A DNA stretch of 32,114 nucleotides from Candidatus Glassbacteria bacterium (GTDB lineage Bacteria; Gemmatimonadota; Glassbacteria; GWA2-58-10), in NCBI GenBank assembly GCA_016934095.1, contig JAFGTO010000083.1:1-32114 (forward strand), written 5' to 3'. A program made the position numbers and the translations under genes. Below are positions 17,763 to 27,332 of the stretch, one piece after another; within the stretch, counting starts at the first letter, position 1; each line of letters begins with the position of its first letter. The notes under the pieces were generated by a model. The model was given only the letters and a program-made list of their open reading frames with translations, was not told the DNA's origin and ran no database searches.

Positions 17763-20204
17763 ATGACTTATCGAACGATCTCTTTTATCAAGGACGACGA
17801 GGTTTACCGCACCGCCGATGTCCTGCCGGTATTACCCCTCAGGGACGTGGTGGTCTTCCCCTACATGGTGATCCCCCTGATGGTGGGCCGTCCCAGCTCG
17901 GTGGCCGGGATCGAGACCGCAATGCTGGGCGACCGACTGATTATCCTGCTGGCCCAGATCGACGGCGAGAACGAGGAGCCTTCCGGCTCCGACCTCTACC
18001 GGGTCGGCGTGATCGCCCGTATTCTCCAAACCGTGCGCCTGCCGGACGGAACGCTCAAGATCCTGGTCGAGGGCATGGAAAAGGTGAGAGTCAAGAGGCA
18101 CCTGCCTGCCAGAGACTACCTTCGCGTCCGCTTCGAAACCTTGCCGTTCCATGCGGCCGGCTCCAAAGAGCTCGAGGCGCTGAGCCGCAGGGCCCTGCGC
18201 CTGTTCGAGGAGTATGTCAGGCTCAATCCCAGGCTGCCGGACGAGCTGCTGACCGCCACGGCCAATATCGACAGCCCGCTGCGGCTGGGATACATGATGG
18301 CCGGCCACCTGCTGATCCGCATGTCGGACAAGCAGAGCCTGCTCGAATCCACCGGCCTCTACCGCCACCTGGAGCTGGTCTGCCAGTACCTGAGCGCGGA
18401 AATGGAAATCCTGCGTCTCGAGCGCAAGATCGACGACAATGTCAAGAAGCAGATCCTCAAGAACCAGCGCGAGTTCTATCTCCAGGAACAGCTCAAGGCG
18501 ATTCACCGGGAACTGGGCCAGGATGATGACAGCTACGACGAGATCGAGGAGCTGCGGGCCCAGGCCGCCAAGAAGAAGCTGCCTGCCGAAGTCTGCAGGA
18601 AGGCGGAAAAAGAGATCTCCAAGCTGTCGCGCATGAGCATGATGAGCCCCGAGGCCACAGTGGTGCGCAACTACCTGGACTGGCTGCTCTCGCTGCCCTG
18701 GAAAGAGAACACCCGGGACCGCCTGTCCGTGGACACGGTGGCCAGGATCCTGGACGAAGACCACTACGGCCTGGAAAAAGTCAAGGAGCGGATAGTCGAG
18801 TTTATCGCGGTGCTCAAGCTTGTGGGAGAGCTCAAGGGCCCCATCCTCTGTTTTGTGGGGCCGCCGGGAGTGGGCAAGACCTCGCTGGGCAAGTCGATCG
18901 CCAGGGCCCTGGGCCGCAGGCTGGTGCGCCTGTCGCTGGGAGGCGTACGGGACGAAGCCGAGATACGCGGACACCGCCGCACCTATATCGGGGCCCTGCC
19001 GGGCAAGATAATCCAGGCCATGAAGCGCGCCGGCGTGATCAACCCGGTGATCCTGATCGATGAAGTGGACAAGATGAGCTCCGATTTCCGCGGCGACCCT
19101 TCCTCGGCGCTGCTGGAAGTGCTCGACCCCGAGCAGAACAACCAGTTTGTCGACCACTACATCGAGGTGGATTACGACCTCTCGAAAGTGATGTTCATCA
19201 CCACGGCCAACTTTATCCAGATGATCCCCGAGCCGCTCAAGGACCGCATGGAGATAATCCTGCTGCCCGGCTACCTGCTCAGCGAAAAGCGCGAGATCGC
19301 CCGGCGCTTCCTCTGGCCCAAGCAGCTCAAGGAACACGGGCTGGAGCCCGGCCACCTGGTGATTACCGATGAGGCGATCAACGCCATGATCGAGCGCTAC
19401 ACCAGGGAGGCCGGCGTGCGCAGCCTCGAGCGTCAGCTCGGGTCGATCTGCCGCAAGGCTGCGCGCAAGTTCGCCGTGCGGCGCAAGCGCAAGCTGCCGC
19501 TGCGGATCACCCCTTCCCGCCTGCAGGCATACCTCGGCGTGCCCAAGTACCTGGACACCGAGCTGGAAAGCGGCGACCGGGTGGGGCTGGCCAGCGGCCT
19601 GGCCTGGACCGGGGCCGGCGGCTCGATCCTCGGGATCGAGGTAGCCCCGGTGGCCGGTAAAGGACGCCTGACCCTGACCGGCAAGCTGGGCGACGTGATG
19701 AAAGAATCGGCGGAAGCAGCCCTGACTTACGTGCGCTCGCGCTCCGATGAGCTGGAGCTGAAAGAGGACTTTTACCGCAAGATCGACCTGCACGTGCACG
19801 TGCCGGAGGGGGCCACGCCCAAGGACGGCCCCTCGGCCGGGGTGGCGATAGCCACTGCCATGGTCAGCGCCCTGACCGGCATCCCGGTCAGGCGGAACGT
19901 GGCCATGACCGGCGAGATAACCCTGCGTGGCAGGGTCCTGGGCGTGGGGGGGCTGAACGAGAAATCGGTGGCCGCGCTCAGGGCCGGGGTGGAAACTGTC
20001 ATCTGGCCCAGGCAGAATGAAAAGGACCTGGCCGACCTGCCCCACGAGGTGCGCGAAGAACTGAAAATCCGCCTGGTGGACTCTATGGACGAGGTGCTCG
20101 AAATAGCCCTGGCGGGCAGACTGCCCGCTCCCGGCCCGTTAACCCCCGCCTTCGTGCCGGTGGACAGCGGGCGGACCAAGCCGGTCAGTCCCTACAGGCA
20201 CTGA
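17763..20204 (+). CDS. lon: ATP-dependent protease La (LonA)
   Basis: N-domain [25 protein letters not shown], Walker [19 protein letters not shown], catalytic PKDGPSAG and GGLNEK. Confidence 0.98.
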   Translation: MTYRTISFIKDDEVYRTADVLPVLPLRDVVVFPYMVIPLMVGRPSSVAGIETAMLGDRLIILLAQIDGENEEPSGSDLYRVGVIARILQTVRLPDGTLKILVEGMEKVRVKRHLPARDYLRVRFETLPFHAAGSKELEALSRRALRLFEEYVRLNPRLPDELLTATANIDSPLRLGYMMAGHLLIRMSDKQSLLESTGLYRHLELVCQYLSAEMEILRLERKIDDNVKKQILKNQREFYLQEQLKAIHRELGQDDDSYDEIEELRAQAAKKKLPAEVCRKAEKEISKLSRMSMMSPEATVVRNYLDWLLSLPWKENTRDRLSVDTVARILDEDHYGLEKVKERIVEFIAVLKLVGELKGPILCFVGPPGVGKTSLGKSIARALGRRLVRLSLGGVRDEAEIRGHRRTYIGALPGKIIQAMKRAGVINPVILIDEVDKMSSDFRGDPSSALLEVLDPEQNNQFVDHYIEVDYDLSKVMFITTANFIQMIPEPLKDRMEIILLPGYLLSEKREIARRFLWPKQLKEHGLEPGHLVITDEAINAMIERYTREAGVRSLERQLGSICRKAARKFAVRRKRKLPLRITPSRLQAYLGVPKYLDTELESGDRVGLASGLAWTGAGGSILGIEVAPVAGKGRLTLTGKLGDVMKESAEAALTYVRSRSDELELKEDFYRKIDLHVHVPEGATPKDGPSAGVAIATAMVSALTGIPVRRNVAMTGEITLRGRVLGVGGLNEKSVAALRAGVETVIWPRQNEKDLADLPHEVREELKIRLVDSMDEVLEIALAGRLPAPGPLTPAFVPVDSGRTKPVSPYRH

Positions 20205-20353
20205 TCCCGCCGGGGGGTGCCTCGCCGCAGGGGATCCCCGACAGCACACTCCCGGCACGGCAGCGTACCTTCCAGGGGGAAGCCAATCCAAAAAATAGAA
20301 TACACATTTTTTAATTCGTTGATGATAAAAAAGACGAGTTTTTCTTTCTGGAA

Positions 20354-20473
20354 AAATCCCCCCCGCCCCCCCTTTGCGAAAGGAGGGAGTAACAGGTTGC
20401 CTATAAGAGTGTTAGGCGATTGTATAGGAAAAAAAGTTCCCCCTTTGACAAAGGGGGAAAACAAGGGGGATTT
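20354..20473. repeat. Inverted doublet of REP-like palindromic units (REPIN/MITE-like) in the AT-rich lon-engB spacer
   Basis: Copy 1 AAATCCCCCCCGCCCCCCCTTTGCGAAAGGAGGGAG (20354-89). Copy 2 on the minus strand AAATCCCCCTTGTTTTCCCCCTTTGTCAAAGGGGGAA (20437-73), containing an 11-bp perfect palindrome. Central CCTATA/TATAGG. Confidence 0.65.
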
Positions 20474-20533
20474 GTTTTTATTACTGGTTTTAAAGAACCG
20501 GTTTCTCCTATCCCTGATATAAAATCGGTATAA

Positions 20534-21178
20534 ATGATAATCCGTTCTTTCGAACCGGCAGGAGTATTCAGGAGCGTGAAGGACAAGTTTCCGGACGACC
20601 TGCCCCAGGTGGCTTTCACCGGCCGGAGCAATGTAGGCAAGAGCTCGCTGATCAACCGCCTGGCCGGCCGGAAAAGAACCGCTCCCACCAGCTCGACCCC
20701 CGGTAAAACCCGCAGCATCCAGTTTTTCAAGGTGAACGACAGTTTCTACCTGGTCGATCTCCCAGGCTACGGTTACGCGCGCCTGCCGCTGGAACAAAGA
20801 GAGAGATGGCGGAAAACGGTCGAGAATTACCTGGGGTCGAGCCGGGGCCTGCGGGGTGTGGTGAGCCTGATCGACATCCGCCATAAACTGTTCGACTCCG
20901 ACCGCCTGATGCTCGAATACCTGGCGGCCAGCCGCATCCCTGCGCTGGTGGTGCTCACCAAGGCGGACAAGCTGGGCCGCGGCAGGCAGAAACAGATGGC
21001 GACCGGGCTGCTGCAAGAGCTAGGGGGCCTAGTGGCCCGCGAGCAGGTGATAACTGTCTCTGCGGTGCAGGGCACCGGCTGCGAGAGTCTGCTGGAGGCG
21101 ATCGGGGAGCTGGTGGCCGAAGAGATCCCGGGTCCTGAGAGCCGGCCCACGGTCAATCACAGTGAGAAGGATACCTGA
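20534..21178 (+). CDS. engB: Ribosome-biogenesis GTP-binding protein EngB/YihA/YsxC
   Basis: G1 GRSNVGKSSLIN, G2 PGKT, G3 DLPGYG, G4 TKADK. The position after lon is a known conserved arrangement. Confidence 0.96.
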   Translation: MIIRSFEPAGVFRSVKDKFPDDLPQVAFTGRSNVGKSSLINRLAGRKRTAPTSSTPGKTRSIQFFKVNDSFYLVDLPGYGYARLPLEQRERWRKTVENYLGSSRGLRGVVSLIDIRHKLFDSDRLMLEYLAASRIPALVVLTKADKLGRGRQKQMATGLLQELGGLVAREQVITVSAVQGTGCESLLEAIGELVAEEIPGPESRPTVNHSEKDT

Positions 21179-21181
21179 CTA

Positions 21182-22255
21182 ATGGCCTTACAACCGCTTT
21201 ACCCGATGCTGCTGGCCCCGGTCTTCAAGGAAAAAATCTGGGGCGGCCGTAAGATGGAAAAGCTGCTGAACAAGCAGCTTCCCCCGGGCAAGCTGATCGG
21301 CGAGAGCTGGGAGCTCTCGGACTACCGGGACGATATCACCCACGTGCTGAACGGCCCGCTCGGCGGGACCCCGCTGGATGAGCTCTTCAAGGCACGTCCC
21401 CTGGAGCTGACAGGCCTCCGGCCCGGTCCGGACGAAGAGTTCCCGCTGCTGACCAAGTTTATCGACAGCAGCCTGCTGCTCTCGCTGCAGGTACATCCGC
21501 CGGACTCCTATGCCAGAATGCACGACCAGGAGAACGGCAAGACCGAGTGCTGGTACGTGGTCCATGCCGATCCGGGAGCCACGGTGATCCGGGGCCTGGT
21601 CCCCGGCACGGGGCCCGGGGAGTTCCGCGCCGGGCTGGAAAGCGGTCGCGGGATCGAGCAGATGGTGCGCCGCTACGAAGTGAAGACCGGCGATTTCATC
21701 TTCATGCCCACCGGAGTGGTGCACGCTATTTGCGAGGGCACGGTCATCCTCGAAATCGAGCAGAACTCAGACATGACCTACCGCCTGTTCGACTGGGGCC
21801 GGGTGGGCGCCGACGGCAAGCCGCGGCCCACCCACCTCGAGAAAGGCATGGAGGTGATCGAATTCTCCGACAACTCGCCGGACAAGCTCGAGGGTATCCC
21901 GCGGCTGGAGGGGCGCAACCGGATCACCCACATGTGCTCCTGCCGCTACTTTTCGGTGGAAGTCCTGGACCTGGAAAGCGCCTGCCGCCAGGACACCGAA
22001 GGCGCGAGTTTCGTGGTGCTGACCGCGGTAGAGGGCACGGCCTCAATTACGGACGAGAACGGCGCCGGGGTCCAGGTGCAAAAGGGGGACACGGTGCTGC
22101 TGCCCGCCCGGCCGCGGTCGAGCACCCTGGTTCCAGGCCGGGACGGCTGCAAGCTGGTCAGGGCCTACCTGGACCCGACCCACCAGCGCTTTACCGGGCC
22201 CCTGCTGAGCGGGGGAGTCCCGCCGGAGAAGATTGAAAGTTTTATTTTCAGGTAG
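21182..22255 (+). CDS. manA: Class I mannose-6-phosphate isomerase (cupin, ManA/GmuF type)
   Basis: KEKIWGG, GESWELS, FPLLTKFID, LSLQVHP, KTECWY, GVVHAI, EIEQNSDMTYRLFDWGR. Confidence 0.88.
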   Translation: MALQPLYPMLLAPVFKEKIWGGRKMEKLLNKQLPPGKLIGESWELSDYRDDITHVLNGPLGGTPLDELFKARPLELTGLRPGPDEEFPLLTKFIDSSLLLSLQVHPPDSYARMHDQENGKTECWYVVHADPGATVIRGLVPGTGPGEFRAGLESGRGIEQMVRRYEVKTGDFIFMPTGVVHAICEGTVILEIEQNSDMTYRLFDWGRVGADGKPRPTHLEKGMEVIEFSDNSPDKLEGIPRLEGRNRITHMCSCRYFSVEVLDLESACRQDTEGASFVVLTAVEGTASITDENGAGVQVQKGDTVLLPARPRSSTLVPGRDGCKLVRAYLDPTHQRFTGPLLSGGVPPEKIESFIFR

Positions 22256-22267
22256 CCAGGCATCAGG

Positions 22268-23806
22268 ATGACCCGGGAAAACTTCCGTCATAACCGGTTC
22301 TGCCAGTCAACCCGGCTGTCTCTGCGTCTGATGCAGGCGTGTGCGGGCTGCACGGCCCTGCTGCTCCTCCTCCCCCTGACCCTCCATGCCCGCGGCCTGT
22401 CGCAGGAGGCGGCCGGGCGTTTTGTCAGGCTGCTGGCCGCAGGCAGCGACTCCCTGGACGACTGTGTCCTGCCCGCGGAGCTGGCCCTGGCTAAGCGGCT
22501 CGGCACAACCTACCGCTCGGTAAAGCACAAGTTCCTGATCGGCTATGACCTCGAGCCGGAGATCAAGGCCGGGATCCTCGAGGGCAGCCTGGACTGTACT
22601 GTCTCTGTCCGGTCCCTGGAAGACAATTTCTCGCTCCTCAGCCTGAGAGTGCCGCAAAAGGACTGCGCGCGCTCATATTATTTACGGGAAGGCCTCCTGG
22701 TCTCGCCGCTGTTCTACCACGCCCGCAACTGGCCGCAGCGGGAGACCCGCTATTTCAGGTTTTATCTCAGCGACACCACCGGGTTCAACAGCTATGCCGC
22801 GGACCGGCTGGAGAGCTTCCTGGAAGCGGTGCTGGAGGGGCTGGAGCTTACGGCGCAGGAGAAGCAGCGGCTGGAAAGCGGGAAAATCATCTGCTTCCGC
22901 TGTGCAGACCAGGACGAGATCGAGCTGCTTACCGGGTTCCGCTCGCGCGGCATGGGTATCCTGGCCTACGATTACGTGGCCACCACTTTCAACTGCCACT
23001 ACCACGAGCTGGTGCACCTGCTGGTCAATTTCAAGCTGCGGGACCCGGACCTCTATACCCATCCTTTCCTGCAGGAGGGCCTGGCCGTGGCCCTGGGAGG
23101 CAGGGGCGGCAAGGAACCCGGGGTCATCCACGACCTGGGGTACTTCCTGGCGCGCTCCGGCCTGCAGGACTACCGCGAGCTGCTCGACCCCGGCAGTTTC
23201 GCCGCACAGGACCCCAGCATGTCCTACCCGGTGAGCGGGCTGTACAGCCTCTTCCTGCTGCAGGCCCTGGGCCTGGAAGGCTACCTGGGCCTGTACCGCA
23301 AGTACAGCGGCCCGCTCGGGTCTGTCTCCGGCACGGCGATCGCGGAAAACGACCTGCCCGCACCCCGGCTGTGGCAGGAATTTCTGGACAGCTACACTCA
23401 GTACGCAAACATCTCTTTCGCCGGGGCGCCCGCTGAGGCCGGGCCTTTCTGGCAGCAGGACGGCTCGGGTGTTTTCGAGGCCGGAGACAGCTATTTCTTC
23501 CGCACCGGGGACGCCCTGCTGATCGGCCCGCCAGACCCCGCTACCGGCCGCAGCAGCGCCCGGTTCGCCGAGCTCTTTCCCGCTGCCGCCTACCGCGGGG
23601 AGAAATACCTGGTCCTGGCCGACCCGGCGGAGGTAAAGGTCTACAACCTGTGGGCCGACAACCTGGCGGCGAACTTTGTCTGCGGGTTCTCTTTTACTGC
23701 GGAGAGTGTCCCGGCGACCGACGGCTTTTTCGGGTTTTACGTGCGGAAAGCGGTGTTCGACGAGCCGCTGGAGTCGCTGACGATCAGCCGGCTGCCGGGG
23801 GAATGA
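22268..23806 (+). CDS. Exported hypothetical protein with gluzincin-like zinc-binding motif (peptidase MA-like)
   Basis: Hydrophobic signal-like stretch (ALLLLLPLTLHA), HYHELVH (HExxH) and downstream PFLQEGLAVAL. Start could be ATG 22331. Confidence 0.6.
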   Translation: MTRENFRHNRFCQSTRLSLRLMQACAGCTALLLLLPLTLHARGLSQEAAGRFVRLLAAGSDSLDDCVLPAELALAKRLGTTYRSVKHKFLIGYDLEPEIKAGILEGSLDCTVSVRSLEDNFSLLSLRVPQKDCARSYYLREGLLVSPLFYHARNWPQRETRYFRFYLSDTTGFNSYAADRLESFLEAVLEGLELTAQEKQRLESGKIICFRCADQDEIELLTGFRSRGMGILAYDYVATTFNCHYHELVHLLVNFKLRDPDLYTHPFLQEGLAVALGGRGGKEPGVIHDLGYFLARSGLQDYRELLDPGSFAAQDPSMSYPVSGLYSLFLLQALGLEGYLGLYRKYSGPLGSVSGTAIAENDLPAPRLWQEFLDSYTQYANISFAGAPAEAGPFWQQDGSGVFEAGDSYFFRTGDALLIGPPDPATGRSSARFAELFPAAAYRGEKYLVLADPAEVKVYNLWADNLAANFVCGFSFTAESVPATDGFFGFYVRKAVFDEPLESLTISRLPGE

Positions 23807-23826
23807 CTCACCCCCCCTGCGGGGAG

Positions 23827-24414
23827 TCAGCCTTGCGGGCTGACGGGGTCTTTGCGGTAGGGCCTCAGCCGGGGAATGAACATCCGCACCCTCTTGCGGT
23901 ACTCCACGTAGTCTTGCCCGAGCCTTTTCACCAGCTCCGGCTCCTCGACCTTTTTCAGCTCGAGATAGTTCAGCAGGATAAAGACCGGAGTGAAGACGAA
24001 AACCAGCGAGACCGAGAGCAGCAGGAATCCCAGCCCGAAGAGCAGGAAAAACAGGCCGCTCAACATCGGGTTCCTCACGTGGGCGTAAGGGCCCCGGCAG
24101 ACCAGGCAGGGCGGGGGGGCCAGCGGCACCGGGGTCCCCCGCACCCTGAAGAAATTGAAAGCGGACCAGAACATCAGCACCGGGCCGAGGACCGCCAGGG
24201 CGATGCCGGGGACCAGGGTCCAGGGGCAATCCGGCAGGGCCGGCAGACCTGACAGCCGGTCGGCCCAGATGCCGGCCAGCACGAAAACGGCCACCAGGCC
24301 CAGGAAAAATCCGCCTGCCAGCACGGTCAGCACCAGCCGCAGCAAGGTGGTCTTGCTTGTGGCGTGCTTGTATAACAAGTCGATCAAAAACTGGGATAAC
24401 CTCACGGCAATCAT
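23827..24414 (-). CDS. Isoprenylcysteine carboxylmethyltransferase / PEMT-like integral membrane methyltransferase
   Basis: Several TM helices, GTPVP, GPYAHVRNPM, EEPELVKRLGQDYVEYRKRVRMFIP. Confidence 0.85.
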   Translation of the reverse strand: MIAVRLSQFLIDLLYKHATSKTTLLRLVLTVLAGGFFLGLVAVFVLAGIWADRLSGLPALPDCPWTLVPGIALAVLGPVLMFWSAFNFFRVRGTPVPLAPPPCLVCRGPYAHVRNPMLSGLFFLLFGLGFLLLSVSLVFVFTPVFILLNYLELKKVEEPELVKRLGQDYVEYRKRVRMFIPRLRPYRKDPVSPQG

Positions 24415-24418
24415 TCTT

Positions 24419-25585
24419 TTAACAAATATCTCCCGGTTTATCTTCTTCCGTGCCCGGTGTCTTCCCTGCCTGTTCCAGCAGCTCCGCCCCAGCCTCTGCC
24501 ACCCTTTCCGGCCCGATACTTTTCATGCAGCGGAAATGTCCCAGCGGGCAGCGCCTCCTGCCGTTATGGGTGCAGGGCCTGCACCAGAGCTCGGCCTCCA
24601 CCACCCTGGCGGCCTCTGACCGGTAGGGGAAATAGCCCAGGTGCCGGGTGGTGCAGCCGAACACCGCCACCACCGGAGTCCCGACCGCGGTGGCGACATG
24701 CATCAGGCCGGTGTCATTGGTGAGCAGCAGGCTGCTCTGGGCCACGGCCGCTGCAGAAGCGGCCAGCGGCAGTGCCCCGGCCAGGTTCAGCCGCTCTACC
24801 CTGCGGTCCAGGGCATCCTCCACCGCCCGGCAGGCCCCGGAGTCATCCCCGCTGCCGAGCAGTAGCACTTTCAGCCCGTAGCTTTGCGCCAGCCCGGCAG
24901 CCGCGGCGGCGAAGCTGGCCGGCGGCCACCTTTTGGTGGGCCAGGCGGAGCCCGGCGCAACCGCCAGCAGGCGGTTGCCCGCCGGCCAGCACCCCCGGAT
25001 CTTCTCCAATGCCAGGTCCCGCTCCCGCTCACCCGGGTAAAGCTCGCAGGGAGCGCTGTCAAGCTCGACTCCCAATCCCGCGAGCGGCTTCGCATACCGC
25101 TCGGGCACGCTGAGGATGCGCTCGCCGAATAAATCCAGGCGGCCGTAAATCAGCAGCGACCTTTTCCACAACTGCTTGCTGTAGACAACTGTCTCCACGG
25201 CAGGGACCAGGGTCCGCAGCAAGCGGCTGCGCAGGCTGTCGTGAAGGTCGGCCAGCAGGAAGAGCCTCTTCCGTTTAAGGCTGTCGGAAAGGCTCATGAG
25301 CTCTCTGACTCCGCCGCCGGAGCTGAAAGGGATTATCTCATCGAGATATGGATTGCCCTCCAGCAGGGGGGCGAAAGTGTCCTTGACCAGGAAGCTGACA
25401 CGCGACCCGGGCCAGCGGCGGCGCACTGCCCGGATCACCGGGGTGGTCAGCAGCACGTCCCCGATGGAGCTGAACCGCACCAGCAGTATGGAAGGCTCGG
25501 TCGGCAGCGGAAGGCTCTCTTTTCGGCTCGGCCCAGGAAAGGCTTCATTGACAATTGAGGGCCTGAGTTCTAATATGAGTGGCAT
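24419..25585 (-). CDS. GT9 ADP-heptose:LPS heptosyltransferase (WaaF-like)
   Basis: ILLVRFSSIGDVLLTTP, DLHDSLRS, APGSAWPTKRWP, NDTGLMHVA, CRPC...CPLGHFRCM. Start uncertain: nearest ATG is 25585, and a CTG at 25507 fits the paralog better. Confidence 0.88.
   Translation of the reverse strand: MPLILELRPSIVNEAFPGPSRKESLPLPTEPSILLVRFSSIGDVLLTTPVIRAVRRRWPGSRVSFLVKDTFAPLLEGNPYLDEIIPFSSGGGVRELMSLSDSLKRKRLFLLADLHDSLRSRLLRTLVPAVETVVYSKQLWKRSLLIYGRLDLFGERILSVPERYAKPLAGLGVELDSAPCELYPGERERDLALEKIRGCWPAGNRLLAVAPGSAWPTKRWPPASFAAAAAGLAQSYGLKVLLLGSGDDSGACRAVEDALDRRVERLNLAGALPLAASAAAVAQSSLLLTNDTGLMHVATAVGTPVVAVFGCTTRHLGYFPYRSEAARVVEAELWCRPCTHNGRRRCPLGHFRCMKSIGPERVAEAGAELLEQAGKTPGTEEDKPGDIC
25548..25576 (+). 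promoter_or_regulatory. Sigma-70 promoter for porX-waaF
   Basis: TTGACA (25548-53), 17-nt spacer, TAATAT (25571-76). Confidence 0.6.
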
Positions 25586-25720
25586 CGATAATGAACGCTT
25601 TTCCCCCGGGGGTGTGCAGGAAAGCGGAATCCCCCGGCACCCGCGGTAAAAAGCCGTTCGCTGAAAACTCGTGCCCGGAGTCGGAGCGGGCAACCTAAAT
25701 TTAGATAAGGGACAATTTAG

Positions 25721-27289
25721 ATGTCAAACGATTTATCCAAAAAAATCCTCTGGGTGGATGACGAGGTCGAGCTGCTGAAGAGCCAGATCCTCTTCCTGGA
25801 GCAGAAAGGCTACCTGGTGGAGACCGCCTCCAACGGGGACGATGCCCTGGAGATGTTGCGCAGCGCCCCGGTAGACCTGGTCCTGCTCGATGAGCAGATG
25901 CCGGGAAAACGCGGGATCGAGACCTTTACCGAGATCAGGAAAATCCTGCCCGATGTGCCGGTGGTTATGGTTACCAAGAGCGAGGAAGAACACCTGATGG
26001 ACATGGCTATCGGCCAGAGGGTGGACGACTATATAGTCAAGCCGGTGAACCCGAACCAGGTCCTCTCGGTCTGTAAGAGGCTGCTGGAAGGCTCGCGGAT
26101 CCGCCACCAGCGTACCGCGCAGGACTTTGTCTCCCGCTTCCGGGAGTTGGAAGACCGCCGCAGCGGCCTGTTTACCTGGCGCGACTGGGCCGAAACCTAC
26201 ACGGAGCTGATCCTCTGGGAAAGCCGCCTGGCGGAGACCGGGGAGCAGGGCCTGGCCGGACTGCTCAACGAGCTGAAACACCAGTGGAGAAGGGACTTTT
26301 CGATTTACGTGACCAACAACTACCTGGAATGGCCGGGCGCAACGCAGGGGAAACGGCCCTCGCTCAGCGTGGATGTGGTAAGGCAGTTCCTGCTGCCGAT
26401 GATAGCCGAAAGCGAGGCAGTTATCTTCATTATAGTCGATTGCCTGCGGATGGACCAATGGTTCCACCTGGCGCCTCTGATCTCGGAGCTGTTCGACATC
26501 CGTCGCGAGACTTATTTCTCCATCCTGCCCACCGCCACGCCTTATGCGCGGAACGCCTTGTTCAGCGGGCTTTTCCCCCAGGAGATAATCGACAGGTTCC
26601 CCGAGTATTGGCAGGTCGGCTCGGATGACGAGGGCAGCCTGAACCTCTACGAGCTGGAGTTGTTCGAAGCTCAGCTCGAGCGCCTGGGAGTGGATGTCAA
26701 AGCGCCGCCCCGCTATGAAAAAGTCTTTACCAAGGAAGAAGGTGCGCGTCTGGTGAAGAAGATACCCTCGCTGATGCAGCGCGGCATCACCGCCATGGTC
26801 TTTAATTTCATCGACATCCTTACCCACGGCCGGAGTGAGTCGGAGATCCTGCTGGAGATCGCGCCGAACGAGCAGGCTTACCGCGAGCTGATCCTCAGCT
26901 GGTTCCGCCACAGCAGCCTCTACGGTGTTCTCCAGGAAGCCGCCCGCTGCGGTGTGCCGGTGGTGCTTACCAGCGACCACGGCAGCGTGCACTGCACCAG
27001 GCCGGTAACCGTGTACGCCAAGCGGGACGCCTCGACAAACCTGCGCTACAAGTTCGGCGACAATATCTCCAGCGAAGAGCCGGTGACTTTCATGGTGCGG
27101 GATGCCCGCCGGGCCAAGCTGCCCTACCTGGGCCTGAACGTGCACTACATGTTCGCCCTCGAAGACTATTACTTCGTCTATCCCACCAAGCTGCGAGAGT
27201 ACCAGAGCCGCTATTACGGCAGTTTCCTTCACGGGGGAGTCTCGCCCGAGGAGATGATCCTGCCGGTGGCGATCATGACCCCGAAATAA
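25721..27289 (+). CDS. porX: PorX-like response regulator (REC + helical linker + PglZ/alkaline-phosphatase-superfamily domain)
   Basis: KILWVDDEVELLK, LLDEQMPG, MVTKSEEE, YIVKPVNPNQV. PglZ-type motifs IVDCLRMDQW, SILPTATPYARNALFSG, NFIDILTH, TSDHG, STNLRYK, FLHGGVSPEEMILP. 522 aa. Confidence 0.88.
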   Translation: MSNDLSKKILWVDDEVELLKSQILFLEQKGYLVETASNGDDALEMLRSAPVDLVLLDEQMPGKRGIETFTEIRKILPDVPVVMVTKSEEEHLMDMAIGQRVDDYIVKPVNPNQVLSVCKRLLEGSRIRHQRTAQDFVSRFRELEDRRSGLFTWRDWAETYTELILWESRLAETGEQGLAGLLNELKHQWRRDFSIYVTNNYLEWPGATQGKRPSLSVDVVRQFLLPMIAESEAVIFIIVDCLRMDQWFHLAPLISELFDIRRETYFSILPTATPYARNALFSGLFPQEIIDRFPEYWQVGSDDEGSLNLYELELFEAQLERLGVDVKAPPRYEKVFTKEEGARLVKKIPSLMQRGITAMVFNFIDILTHGRSESEILLEIAPNEQAYRELILSWFRHSSLYGVLQEAARCGVPVVLTSDHGSVHCTRPVTVYAKRDASTNLRYKFGDNISSEEPVTFMVRDARRAKLPYLGLNVHYMFALEDYYFVYPTKLREYQSRYYGSFLHGGVSPEEMILPVAIMTPK

Positions 27290-27332
27290 GCTGACCCGCT
27301 GGCGGGAAAAAGCCCGGAAGAGGATTATAAGC

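Noticed and set aside
14949-20045. Long antisense ORFs opposite mlaEF (545 aa) and lon (737 aa), and similar ones opposite porX, SGNH and the sulfatase
   Set aside because: They fully overlap well-supported genes on the other strand and are typical GC-rich shadow frames
20217-20522. 101-aa ORF in the lon-engB spacer
   Set aside because: It is a translation of the palindromic repeat (NPPRPPFAKGG, VPPLTKGE) with atypical codon usage and is better explained as non-coding
25721-27289. PglZ domain as evidence of a BREX/Pgl phage-defence system
   Set aside because: The domain is fused to a REC domain in PorX architecture, and no brxC, pglX or brxA/B is nearby. The lon gene is housekeeping LonA, not BrxL.
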